Below are positions 29,770 to 38,942 of a stretch of DNA of 64,000 bases, piece after piece. The stretch is taken from positions 62,001-126,000 of IMG/VR virus record IMGVR_UViG_3300031952_000001, one strand, 5' to 3'. How positions within the stretch are numbered: the first letter of the stretch is position 1; each line of letters starts with the position of its first letter. Made by a program: the position numbers and the translations under genes. Below the pieces are notes generated by a model. That model saw only the letters and a program-made list of their open reading frames with translations, ran no database searches and was not told the DNA's origin.

Positions 29770-30288
29770 ATGACGACCATGCCGAAGAAGAAGACCACCA
29801 TACCGCCGGACGGGCCCGATCTCACGCCGGTTGTAGAGACCCCAGCTCCGGTTCTGCACGAGAGGAACTACCCCAGGGGGCCCGCCTTCATGCGGGTCAA
29901 CGTGAAGGTCCTAGCGGAGGACGGTGAGACGCTCCTCCGCACCGAGGTCTGCGATGTCTATCTGGAGTGCGACTGCTCCTACAAGGAGTCCGAGCTGGAG
30001 GCTATTGGCAGTTCTGCTGAAGCCGCTCGCTTCTTCGTGTGGAGCACGGGTTTGGACAAGCTGATTGCCCCCCCTGAAGGGACCCACCCGGAGCAGACTC
30101 TCAAGGCCATTCAGCGGCAGACGATCCGAGTTCCTGTTCCCGGGGAGGCCATCTCCTTGGAGGAGGCTCGAAGGCGGGATCTCGGCAATGAGGACTTCAG
30201 CCCGCGCTTTGCGAAGCGTAAGGATGACATGGAGTCTCATAAGAGGCCCAAGCCAGCCCCCAACCCGTTCATCCCACCCGCAGAATAG
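29770..30288 (+). CDS. hypothetical protein
   Basis: SD GAGAGG. Confidence 0.6.
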   Translation: MTTMPKKKTTIPPDGPDLTPVVETPAPVLHERNYPRGPAFMRVNVKVLAEDGETLLRTEVCDVYLECDCSYKESELEAIGSSAEAARFFVWSTGLDKLIAPPEGTHPEQTLKAIQRQTIRVPVPGEAISLEEARRRDLGNEDFSPRFAKRKDDMESHKRPKPAPNPFIPPAE

Positions 30289-30291
30289 CCC

Positions 30292-30319
30292 TTGACAGCC
30301 GGAATCTCATGTATATATT
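30292..30319 (+). promoter_or_regulatory. sigma70-type promoter
   Basis: TTGACA-N16-TATATT. Confidence 0.7.
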
Positions 30320-30341
30320 AGAGGTGGCTAGGAGGGACACC

Positions 30342-30893
30342 ATGAGAACCATTTTTCTTGCCTGTATCGCGATTGGATCGTGCCTGTTCGTGGACTCTTT
30401 GGATGCCCAGTGCTGCCGGGTCCAGCTGGCTGTGAGCGGCCAGAACCAGAACGTGGTCGGGATCATCGTCGGCATGTCGGAGGCCAACGCCACGCCCGGC
30501 AAGGTCGTGGCTGTGGCAGAGGGTGCGGCCAAAGGGGCAACGTGCGTCGACTACACGTTCCTGAAGGACGCGCGGGGCAAGATGACCGAGTGCAAGTACG
30601 ACTGCTACCTCATCTTCGGAGGGGCCGTCTGCCGGGAGAACATCTGCGACTACGTGATCTGTAATGAGCCACTTGGTAGCTATTGCTCAAACCCAACGGG
30701 CCCGAATCCCGGGAAGTTGCTCACGATGGCGAGCGGCGGCATCTGCGATCCGACCGGAGATTTCGCCCCGATTCCCGGGGAGTGCTACTACCCGGAGATC
30801 GAGATCGACTGCGGGAGCGCTGAGGCCTGCGTGACTGTTGGTTGGGGGAGAGACTTCTGTCGGGTTCTTCCACCGAAGAAAGATCGTCGGTAG
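30342..30893 (+). CDS. secreted Cys-rich protein
   Basis: Signal peptide ending SLDA-Q; 14 Cys in the mature part. Confidence 0.6.
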   Translation: MRTIFLACIAIGSCLFVDSLDAQCCRVQLAVSGQNQNVVGIIVGMSEANATPGKVVAVAEGAAKGATCVDYTFLKDARGKMTECKYDCYLIFGGAVCRENICDYVICNEPLGSYCSNPTGPNPGKLLTMASGGICDPTGDFAPIPGECYYPEIEIDCGSAEACVTVGWGRDFCRVLPPKKDRR

Positions 30894-30984
30894 GGATGAG
30901 GGCGCTCTCGCCTGGTTCAGAGACGTCCCCCCTGAGCTTGGGAGTGCCTTCTTCCGTGCCGACGACGAAGGGTTGAGGATCTGC

Positions 30985-31683
30985 ATGGCTAAAAACATTG
31001 CGAAGGGCGGCCGAGACAACTACCCAACACCCCAGATCTACGCGGACTGGGCCATCGAGCGGGCACTCGGGCTGATGCCTGGCACTCCGAACCCCGTCCT
31101 TGGCTTGGAGCCCGGGTGTGGAGCCACGGCACCCTTCCTGTCGGCCTTGGTCGACCAAGCTCCTGCGAGGGGTGTCGGGGTCGAGTCGGAGGTCTGGGTG
31201 CCGAAGCTCTCCGCCGTGACGGGGGAGAACCTGAAGATCCGGATGGGGACCGACTTCTTGGACCCCTCGTGCGATCACCTCTGGATGCCGGAGCCCGACA
31301 CGAAGTTTTTCCTCATCGCGACGAACCCTCCCTTCTCTCTCTGCGAGGAGTTCATGGACAAGTCCCTGAGGCTCCTGCACCCGATGGGGGTCATGGTGTT
31401 CCTGCTCCGCATGGCGATCATGGGTTCAAAGAAGCGGCTGGACTTCTGGAAGAAGCACATGCCTCTGGAGATCGCCCACTTCGTCCGCAGGATCAGCTTC
31501 GACGGCACGAGCACGGACTACGCCGAGTATGCCTGCTTCTTCTGGGCCGGCGAGGAGCTGGAGGACATGTGGCACCGCCACCGCGGCAGCTGCTCGACAG
31601 CGTTCTATCTGGTGAACAATGTGATGGAGAGTGTCAACGAGAAGGGCTGCCTGGAGGAGATCGGGGCACCACCGTTTGTATGA
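30985..31683 (+). CDS. N6-adenine DNA methyltransferase (orphan)
   Basis: DNYPTP, LEPGCG (SAM-binding), TNPPF (catalytic), YACFFW. Confidence 0.85.
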   Translation: MAKNIAKGGRDNYPTPQIYADWAIERALGLMPGTPNPVLGLEPGCGATAPFLSALVDQAPARGVGVESEVWVPKLSAVTGENLKIRMGTDFLDPSCDHLWMPEPDTKFFLIATNPPFSLCEEFMDKSLRLLHPMGVMVFLLRMAIMGSKKRLDFWKKHMPLEIAHFVRRISFDGTSTDYAEYACFFWAGEELEDMWHRHRGSCSTAFYLVNNVMESVNEKGCLEEIGAPPFV

Positions 31684-31701
31684 GAAACCATAGGAGGAAA
31701 C

Positions 31702-31989
31702 ATGTCAGTTGAAGCGTTGGGGAAGAAGAAGATCGAAGAGATCATCCAGCTGCGAAGCAAGGGCAAGACGATCTCGGAGACGGCGTGGACGCTCGGGATC
31801 GCCCCGTGGCATGTCGCGTACATCTCCAGGTTCCTGAAGCTGTGCGTGACGGCCGAGGAGTTCCAGTGGATCGAGGAGGAGGCCGAGGCCAACAACTTCG
31901 GCACGGTGGGCGAGTTCGTCATGGACGTGTTCAACCGGACCTACGAGGAGTTCTACAAGAAGGCTCCGCGCAAGAAGAAGTCCGCCTGA
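31702..31989 (+). CDS. small HTH protein
   Basis: LRSKGKTISETAWTLGI. Confidence 0.55.
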   Translation: MSVEALGKKKIEEIIQLRSKGKTISETAWTLGIAPWHVAYISRFLKLCVTAEEFQWIEEEAEANNFGTVGEFVMDVFNRTYEEFYKKAPRKKKSA

Positions 31990-32708
31990 TGGGAAAGAAG
32001 GCCGCCAAGAGAGACCCTTCTGTAGTTGTTGGGTATGTGCGGGTTTCGATGGACCGTCAGAAACTAGGACCTGTGGTCCAGAGAAAGATTCTGGCTGGGT
32101 GGTGCGTCTTGCGAGGTTTGCATCTTGCTGCGGTATTTACGGACAAGGGTGTTTCTGGAGGGCTCCAGGTAGACCAGAGACCAGGGTTACAAGAGGCCCT
32201 CGTTGCGGTACGGGCTTATAATGCTGGCACCCTTCTTGTTGCTAGCCGGGATCGTCTTTCCCGCGACATCGTAACTGCTACGATGATTGAGAGAGGCTTG
32301 AATCGTTCGGGCACCTCTATTGTATCAGCAGATGGCCTTGGCAACGGAGACAGCCCTGCGGAGGTGTTCATTCGTACGGTTGTGAATGGCATGGCGCAGT
32401 ATGGACGTGCTGTTATATCTGAAAGAACCCGCGCCGCTCTGAGATTGAAGGTCTCTCGTGGAGAGAAGACGGGTGGTGCCGCCCCTTATGGATACCAGTT
32501 AGCAAGAGACGAAATTCATCTCGTTCAAATGAAGGAGGAGATGAAAGTAATTGCGAGGATACAAAAACTTCATAAAGAGGGGCTTTCGATTCGAAGAATT
32601 GCAGACTTACTGACTGAAGAAGAGACTCCTAGTCGAGGACATCGGTGGCATCGTACCACGGTTGAGCGTTTGCTCAACCGAGACGATAGGAAGAGGGATG
32701 GTGCCTGA
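31989..32708 (+). CDS. serine recombinase (resolvase catalytic domain plus short recombinase/HTH domain)
   Basis: GYVRVS, DKGVSG, RPGL, SRDRLSR, ISERTRAAL, GGAAPYGY; AT-richer DNA. Confidence 0.88.
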   Translation: MGKKAAKRDPSVVVGYVRVSMDRQKLGPVVQRKILAGWCVLRGLHLAAVFTDKGVSGGLQVDQRPGLQEALVAVRAYNAGTLLVASRDRLSRDIVTATMIERGLNRSGTSIVSADGLGNGDSPAEVFIRTVVNGMAQYGRAVISERTRAALRLKVSRGEKTGGAAPYGYQLARDEIHLVQMKEEMKVIARIQKLHKEGLSIRRIADLLTEEETPSRGHRWHRTTVERLLNRDDRKRDGA

Positions 32709-33076
32709 TGGACAAGCCTCCCGTCACCTACGACAAGCCTCTCTGGAGGCAGCTCGACCCCGAGCGTGCGAAGGCCTACGATGCCCTCCCGGAGGAGCAG
32801 CGGCAGAAGCTCAACGAGGCGGCTGCGAAGACCTTGGAGACCTCCGTCTTCGATGTCCTCGATCCCGACTTCTTCGGCGACGAGGAGGTCGACGACGAGA
32901 ACGACGAGAACACCTTCCAGTGCTCGGAGTGCGGAGACGATGATCCGTCCTCTCTCAAGAACTGCGAGGTGTGCGGGGGTTTGATCTGTCCCACATGTAG
33001 GTCTACGAACCGCCTTCGCGTCTTATGCACCGGATGCGATCCAGACTGCCTGGACTCATGCAGGGATAACGATTAG
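32708..33076 (+). CDS. acidic Cys-rich hypothetical protein
   Basis: Several CxxC motifs. Confidence 0.6.
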   Translation: MDKPPVTYDKPLWRQLDPERAKAYDALPEEQRQKLNEAAAKTLETSVFDVLDPDFFGDEEVDDENDENTFQCSECGDDDPSSLKNCEVCGGLICPTCRSTNRLRVLCTGCDPDCLDSCRDND

Positions 33077-33182
33077 TCTTTTCGGTGGAGTCTGTCGGGT
33101 GTAGGGGCTTCTAGCTCAAAATTTCCGAGAAGCTCGAAGGGTGTGGTATGATCCCCGGTACCGTTATGGAGAGGAGGTTTGG

Positions 33183-34334
33183 ATGTTACCTAGAATTCTC
33201 ATAACGTTCGTTCTGTTCGGGATGGCGTCGTTGACGGTCAGCGAAGCCGCATTGAGCGAGGCCGCTCCCGACGCGCCGTCCGGGCTGACGGCCGAGGAGC
33301 AGACCACCTTTGAGTCGATGATCGAGCAGGTGAACGTCACCGAGGCCGTGGAGGAGCCAGGAAACGAGGAGGAGAGCGCTGAGGCAGTGGTATTGGAGGG
33401 CCTGGAGCCCGTCGTGGTGCCCGACAGCGTGAACGTGACCTTGGAGACTGTGTGGGAGAAGTCCCCGGACGACATGCCCCTCCTGGACCGGCTGGTGAAG
33501 GGTGTCCTGAGGGCCCGGACCCTCCCGTTCGAGAAAGACAAGGATGGGAAGAAGAAGCCTCCGAAGTTCTACTGGGAGAGTGGCGGGGTGCCGATCCCCG
33601 AGGAAGAGATGATCCCGCTGGCGACTCAGTGGGCCGCAACCTTCCTGGCTTCTGTGGAGGAGGTGAAGAAGCACACCGGTATCCAGCTCCCTCTCTGGGG
33701 AGCCTTTGCGACCCTGGCGAACGAGGGTGGCTTCTACGGGTGCAGTCTGAACTTCGAGGCCCGCAAGTGGGCATCCACGCACTCCTGCAAGAAGCTGACG
33801 ACCGAGACCTGGCACGGGAAGACCGTGCGACGGAAGATCGAGACGAAGCTCGTCGACAAGTTCCGCCAGACCTACACATGTGAGGAAGTGTGGGACATTA
33901 TCCACGACCCCCACTACAAGGACGCCAAGGTCGAGGTGAAGGGTCGGGACGGCAAGATGAAGTGGGTGAAGCTCGCGAACAAGGCCGACGGCGGTCCCTG
34001 GCAACAGAGGTTCAGTGTCAAGACGATGACCCGGGAGCGGTTCGATCTGCTCATGTCCATGCAGCCGGGGGTGTACATCGGCGCGGAGGAGATGGCCCGT
34101 AGGTCAATATCCTACATGCCTCGGTTCAAGGCCAAGGAGCCCCACCCAAGGCCTTGGATGCTCTGGCCGGGTTGGAACCCTTACACGAGCAGGGCGTTCT
34201 CGTACGATTCCAAGATCACGATGATAGCTCGTCTCCTCGGGGCCAGAAAGACCGAGATCGAGCGGGGGGCCTTGGTACCCGACCCCAGGGAGAAGCGCCG
34301 GCAAGAGTACGAGGCTCGGAAGGCCCAGCACTAA
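33183..34334 (+). CDS. exported protein, possibly lysozyme/SLT-like
   Basis: Signal peptide; ATLANEGGF (possible catalytic Glu) and DGGPWQ resemble SLT motifs I and II. Confidence 0.35.
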   Translation: MLPRILITFVLFGMASLTVSEAALSEAAPDAPSGLTAEEQTTFESMIEQVNVTEAVEEPGNEEESAEAVVLEGLEPVVVPDSVNVTLETVWEKSPDDMPLLDRLVKGVLRARTLPFEKDKDGKKKPPKFYWESGGVPIPEEEMIPLATQWAATFLASVEEVKKHTGIQLPLWGAFATLANEGGFYGCSLNFEARKWASTHSCKKLTTETWHGKTVRRKIETKLVDKFRQTYTCEEVWDIIHDPHYKDAKVEVKGRDGKMKWVKLANKADGGPWQQRFSVKTMTRERFDLLMSMQPGVYIGAEEMARRSISYMPRFKAKEPHPRPWMLWPGWNPYTSRAFSYDSKITMIARLLGARKTEIERGALVPDPREKRRQEYEARKAQH

Positions 34335-34408
34335 CTTTAGAAATCCTCCGCCTCTCAGTGCTATACTCTGGCGGGTTATCAATCTAACAGAACGCAGCGG
34401 GACAGAAC

Positions 34409-35593
34409 ATGATCCGCACCTGCAAAGTGAAGCTCGGTCGTGCGCCAAAACAGGAGGCGAAGCTCACTTACGTTTTGGGTCTCTGTTGTGACCTCTACAA
34501 CGCAGCTCTCCAGCAGCGACGGGATGCCTGGGCTAAGCAGAAGGTCTCGCTTTCGTACTATGCGCAGACCAAGGAACTCACTCAGCTCCGTGCAGATGAT
34601 GAGGAGTACCGGCGGCTGCCGGCTCAGATGACTCGCATGACGTCACTATACCGCGTAGATAGGGCCTTTCAGGGGTTTTGCGGACGGTGTAGACGCGGTG
34701 AGAATCCCGGCTTCCCTCGGTTCCGCAGCCGAGATCGTTTCTCTACTTTGATGTTCTCTACGCAGGATTGGCGCATCAAGGGCAAGAGCCTGATATTGAA
34801 GAACGATGCAGATCCTATTGTCTTGCAAATGCGTAACACGATTCATCATGAGGGCCAGATCAAAGGTCTTCGTGTTGTCCGAAGTGCAACGCGATGGTGG
34901 GCGCATTTTCTTGTGGATGTAGGCCCTACCCCAGCTGTAAAGAAGTCCGATCACGGCGTCGGGATCGACGTTGGTCTTCGAACTTTCGCGACTCTGTCCG
35001 ACGGTAACGTCGTCGAACATCCGCGGTTCTTGAAGCAGAGCCTGGAGCAGCTGAAGTCGGTCCAGCAGGAGCTGAGCCGGAAGAAGAGGGGCTCCAAGAA
35101 CCGCGCGAAGGCGAAGCTCGTCGTCGCGCGGGTACACGAGAAGATCGCGAATCGTCGTCGAGACTTCGTACATCAGACCGTGTCCTCCTTGGTGAAGAAG
35201 TACGACGGGTTTGCGCTGGAGAAGCTCGACGTTTGCGCCATGACAAGCACGGAGCGCAAAGTCGAGGGTTTGGACAAGAAGCAATCTCGTGGTCTCCGAA
35301 GGGGGATCATGGACTCTGGCTGGTCTCTGTTCGGTGCACACCTGGCCTCCAAAGCGGAAGAAGCTGGGCTGCCGGTTGTGCACGTCGATCCGAAAGGCAC
35401 TTCGCAGAGATGTTCGGCTTGCGGAACCATAGTGCGAAAAACACTTCGGGACCGTGTGCACGAATGCTTTGCCTGTGGTCTCGTGCTGGATCGGGATGAG
35501 AACGCAGCCAGGAACATCTACGACCTGGGGCTCAGGTCGGCGTCCGGAAGCGCAGCAACAGCTAGTTGTGCTGAAGGCGCGGAGGTTCTGTGA
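34409..35593 (+). CDS. tnpB: TnpB RNA-guided endonuclease (IS200/IS605 family), no TnpA
   Basis: LYNAAL, PRFRS, RuvC residues GIDVG, FALEKL and DRDENAARNI, zinc finger CSAC/CFAC. Confidence 0.93.
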   Translation: MIRTCKVKLGRAPKQEAKLTYVLGLCCDLYNAALQQRRDAWAKQKVSLSYYAQTKELTQLRADDEEYRRLPAQMTRMTSLYRVDRAFQGFCGRCRRGENPGFPRFRSRDRFSTLMFSTQDWRIKGKSLILKNDADPIVLQMRNTIHHEGQIKGLRVVRSATRWWAHFLVDVGPTPAVKKSDHGVGIDVGLRTFATLSDGNVVEHPRFLKQSLEQLKSVQQELSRKKRGSKNRAKAKLVVARVHEKIANRRRDFVHQTVSSLVKKYDGFALEKLDVCAMTSTERKVEGLDKKQSRGLRRGIMDSGWSLFGAHLASKAEEAGLPVVHVDPKGTSQRCSACGTIVRKTLRDRVHECFACGLVLDRDENAARNIYDLGLRSASGSAATASCAEGAEVL

Positions 35594-35603
35594 AATGGGA
35601 ACT

Positions 35604-36119
35604 ATGTCTCGCGTGTACAAAGGGATCTCTGGTTCAGCTCTCGGTCGGGTGGCTTCTGCCATGGGGTTGTCCACACGCACTTTCCGCCGAGGTCGCGTTG
35701 CCCATCGGATCACGGCGATGGGGGACCCCGAGCTGACGGAGCTGGGAGGGAACGGGGTCAACCTGACCATCCGCTCCGCCGAGCACCCCGAGTTCCCGCC
35801 GCTCAACCCCAACCAGGTGGACATGCCGAACCCCAGGGATCACTACGTCGTCGTGGAGGACACGGCGAACGGTCCGTGGGTCACGGCCGGCGGTATCATG
35901 GTCTCCGTGTACCAGGTGGAAGACGACGGGACAATCGTTCAGGAGATCCCAGGGGACTTCGCCCCCGAGTACGACGACTACCTGGAGACCATGGAAGAGC
36001 CTGTAGGCCAGGGTGAGGACTGGGCGCGGGTTCTCGACTACTTCAACCTGGACGTGGCCGACATCGACCGCTGGAAGAACGAGGTTCTGGACAGCCTCAA
36101 GACGGGGCGGAGCTTTTAA
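35604..36119 (+). CDS. acidic protein with the shared leader
   Basis: MSRVYKGISGSALGRVA (an alternative ATG lies at 35595). Confidence 0.65.
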   Translation: MSRVYKGISGSALGRVASAMGLSTRTFRRGRVAHRITAMGDPELTELGGNGVNLTIRSAEHPEFPPLNPNQVDMPNPRDHYVVVEDTANGPWVTAGGIMVSVYQVEDDGTIVQEIPGDFAPEYDDYLETMEEPVGQGEDWARVLDYFNLDVADIDRWKNEVLDSLKTGRSF

Positions 36120-36216
36120 GAACCCCAGGCAAGGTCGAGTAAACTGGTGGTCCATGCAGCTGACAGCGAAATCATCTCGAAAGACGGCCCGTCCGTACGG
36201 CGGTAGGCGGAAGCAC

Positions 36217-36783
36217 ATGAATCGATACCAGGAAACCCTTTGCAAGTACGCTCAAGATCTGTCAACGGAGACCGTCACTCCAAGCTCCCAGACCGACTCC
36301 TCGACGATGGATCCCTCCCAGCTCCAGCCGGGGCAGCCGGTCTACTCCCCCGAGGGCAAGGAGTTCGTGGTCCTGAACAACCCCGCGGGGGAGTCGCAGA
36401 AGGTGGTCATGCCTTCGGATCAGCAGGGTTCACAGCTCCCGCAAGGGGTGACGACCCTTGACGATACTGAGCTGTCGACGGAGTACACACTCTCATCCCC
36501 CTCTACCGAGACAAAGATCCAGTCCTCTCGCAAGAGGGCCGCGGAGCACATGAACCTGCCGTCCGGGTACGCGAAGAGCATCTCGACCGGCGAGGGCAAG
36601 AAGACGGAGACGGCCGGCCTGAGGATCGGACAAGAGGGCTACGTCGACATCATGACCTCGATCCAGGACATGGTCGAGGCCGGGTACGACACGGTCGACG
36701 TGGTCTTGAACATTGGCGAGCTGTACCCCCGGGACCTCGGTGAAAGGGTCCTGGAGGAAGCTCGCGAAAGAGGGATACTCTGA
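36217..36783 (+). CDS. hypothetical protein
   Basis: RKRAA junction; acidic. Confidence 0.65.
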   Translation: MNRYQETLCKYAQDLSTETVTPSSQTDSSTMDPSQLQPGQPVYSPEGKEFVVLNNPAGESQKVVMPSDQQGSQLPQGVTTLDDTELSTEYTLSSPSTETKIQSSRKRAAEHMNLPSGYAKSISTGEGKKTETAGLRIGQEGYVDIMTSIQDMVEAGYDTVDVVLNIGELYPRDLGERVLEEARERGIL

Positions 36784-37256
36784 TGCGTAAAGGGATCTCG
36801 GATCAAGGGCTGAAGAGACTTTCCGCTGCCGTCAGGAAGAACGGCTGGAATCCTGCGAACCCCCACTGGGATCCTTCCAAGGAGCCTTCCAAAGAGCAGT
36901 GGAAAGAGATCGACGAGGGCCGTCGGAAGAACGCTCCGCCTGAGCCGGGGGAGGGGAAGGGGCATCTCTCTCAAGGTTCTACTATTCGTCTTGAGAGCGG
37001 AGACTTTGGGTGGGACTTCCTCATCGTCAACGAGGACACTGGAGAAGACATTCTCATCCAGACGGACTGGGACTACCCCGGGGTTGCGACTACGTTCGGG
37101 TGGCCTGGTCACGAGCACGATTCTACCGATGGAACCATCGACTGTCCCGAATGTGGCAAGAGCGCGATGGAAATGATCAACGAAGCCCGGGAGTGGCTCA
37201 GTGATCACATTGGGGACGTTGCCGAGGACCCTGGGTACTTCGGCGGGGACGAGTAG
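36783..37256 (+). CDS. acidic protein with the shared leader
   Basis: MRKGISDQGLKRLSA. Confidence 0.7.
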   Translation: MRKGISDQGLKRLSAAVRKNGWNPANPHWDPSKEPSKEQWKEIDEGRRKNAPPEPGEGKGHLSQGSTIRLESGDFGWDFLIVNEDTGEDILIQTDWDYPGVATTFGWPGHEHDSTDGTIDCPECGKSAMEMINEAREWLSDHIGDVAEDPGYFGGDE

Positions 37257-37270
37257 GAAGGAACTTCAAG

Positions 37271-38932
37271 ATGCGTAAAGGCATTGTGGACGATGGGTAC
37301 GGCAGGATCGCTGGGAGCGTTCTGAAGAAGACTGCCTTGATGGAGGACGAGTACGCCCAGGATCTCGCTGAGAAGCTCGTCGGCAACTGGCAGAAGTTCG
37401 AGTCGTTCGGGTGGGGCAGCCAGCCCGAGGAGAACCCGGAGAACTGGACCATCGTCTACACCTCGAACAGGGACTCGGGGCTCACCGATCAGGCGAACGC
37501 TGCGGCCATCGAGGAGATCATGGGCCAGTTCCCCGAGGACCAGGTCGTGGCGGAGAGCCACGGGCACTGGGCTGTCGGTCATGTGGACGGCTACTCGATC
37601 CGTGTGTACGAGCCCGACGGTACCCTCACCCCGGCGTTCAAGGCGTGGTCTGAGATCCAGACGTCCTTGGAGAACTACCCTGTTCTCGATGAGAGCAAAT
37701 ACTCTGAGATGGAGTACGAAGCCTCTCTCAAAAACTGTGCGCAGGCTGTCGCGCACTACATGAACCGCCATCCCGACGAGAGGGTGCAGGACTTCTACAC
37801 GGATGCGGATGATGAGCAGCTTGGGGCGGAGTTCTACCAGTGGGCTTCCGATTCAGGGGTCGACACTTCCAGCAGCGACGATCAAGGGTACTACCCTGAC
37901 GACAGCGACATCGAGGAGTGGGTTCAGGAGGTCATCGTCCCAAAGCTCCGTGCGTGGGAGCCCGGTGAGGAAGGCTACGAAGAACCCGATCCCCTCGCGG
38001 AGGGCTTCGCCACGGGTCCCGTGCCCGTAGACCCCCGACAGACCTCGCTCCCCTTCAAGGGTGGCCGGCGCAGGGCCCAGGCAGCCCCACAGCTCCCCTC
38101 GGACGAGGAGGAGCTGAACCCCGACGAGATGGAGGAGATGTCCCCTACGCCGGAGCAGCAGGGCCTGGAGAAGTTCGACTGGAACGACTACATCTGGGGT
38201 CCGTTCCGCAAGAAGCCCGGTCTGCGTCTCAGGGCCCAGATGAGCACTCAGGACGACGCCATCGTACGGATGGTCGAGCAGGAGGATGCCCGTCTGGTGA
38301 AGTACCGCGGCGGGTTCGCACTCGTTCCGGTCGACGGTTACGCCTATCCGGTCGATCAGGCCGGCGCGGAGCTGGCGCTCGCTCACGGGGCCGAGGACTA
38401 CACCCAGCCGAAGCAGAAGGCTGGTGCAAGGGAGGTAGGAATGTACAAAGGGGTTCCGGACGAGGGCCTGGAGAGGCTCGCAAGGATCTTCAAGGCGCAG
38501 TCGGATCCGGGCGTGAGCCCCGCCGGCCCGCTTCCCGGTGATGAGGATCTGGACGAGGCCGAGTCCGAGGGGGAGGCCGAGGAGCGCGGAGAGATGATCT
38601 CCCCCGAGCAAGCTCTGTCAAAGGCGAAGGAGCTGTGGGACGAGGACACCGCGGCGCACATCGTCTCTGCCCAGGGTCAGAAGGGGTACGATGCCTGGTT
38701 CATTGAGGCCGAAGTCTTCGTCCCGAGCGAGGAGATGGCGGACTTCCTTCAGTTCATCGAAGCTCCGGGTCTGGAGGAGTGGAAGGACGCTCTGTACGAG
38801 GCTTACGACGATCAGCCCGGTGTCGAGGGCAACCCTGGTCGGTGGGCTCATACTAGCTCCGTGAGCAACGTCATCGAGGAGAGCAACGGCATCAGGTTCA
38901 CGCTGACCTACAGCGCGTTCATGGACATCTGA
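37271..38932 (+). CDS. multi-module acidic protein with the shared leader and an internal second leader/start at 38441
   Basis: MRKGIVDDGYGRIA; RRRAQ and RLRAQ junctions; internal MYKGVPDEGLERLA. Confidence 0.75.
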   Translation: MRKGIVDDGYGRIAGSVLKKTALMEDEYAQDLAEKLVGNWQKFESFGWGSQPEENPENWTIVYTSNRDSGLTDQANAAAIEEIMGQFPEDQVVAESHGHWAVGHVDGYSIRVYEPDGTLTPAFKAWSEIQTSLENYPVLDESKYSEMEYEASLKNCAQAVAHYMNRHPDERVQDFYTDADDEQLGAEFYQWASDSGVDTSSSDDQGYYPDDSDIEEWVQEVIVPKLRAWEPGEEGYEEPDPLAEGFATGPVPVDPRQTSLPFKGGRRRAQAAPQLPSDEEELNPDEMEEMSPTPEQQGLEKFDWNDYIWGPFRKKPGLRLRAQMSTQDDAIVRMVEQEDARLVKYRGGFALVPVDGYAYPVDQAGAELALAHGAEDYTQPKQKAGAREVGMYKGVPDEGLERLARIFKAQSDPGVSPAGPLPGDEDLDEAESEGEAEERGEMISPEQALSKAKELWDEDTAAHIVSAQGQKGYDAWFIEAEVFVPSEEMADFLQFIEAPGLEEWKDALYEAYDDQPGVEGNPGRWAHTSSVSNVIEESNGIRFTLTYSAFMDI

Positions 38933-38942
38933 GGAGTCGATC

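Noticed and set aside
30894-30984. Structured gap before the methyltransferase (11-bp wobble-rich stem)
   Set aside because: Many G.U pairs in GC-rich DNA; indistinguishable from chance or a plain terminator/attenuator.
31989-35593. IS607-like element (serine recombinase plus TnpB)
   Set aside because: The genes are 1.7 kb apart with two unrelated ORFs between them, and the recombinase lacks the N-terminal MerR-type HTH of IS607 TnpA.
34409-35593. Cas12f or other type V effector
   Set aside because: No CRISPR array or cas1/cas2 nearby; size and motifs fit ordinary TnpB.
36120-36216. Possible riboswitch upstream of 36217
   Set aside because: No convincing stems or known aptamer motifs were recognised.
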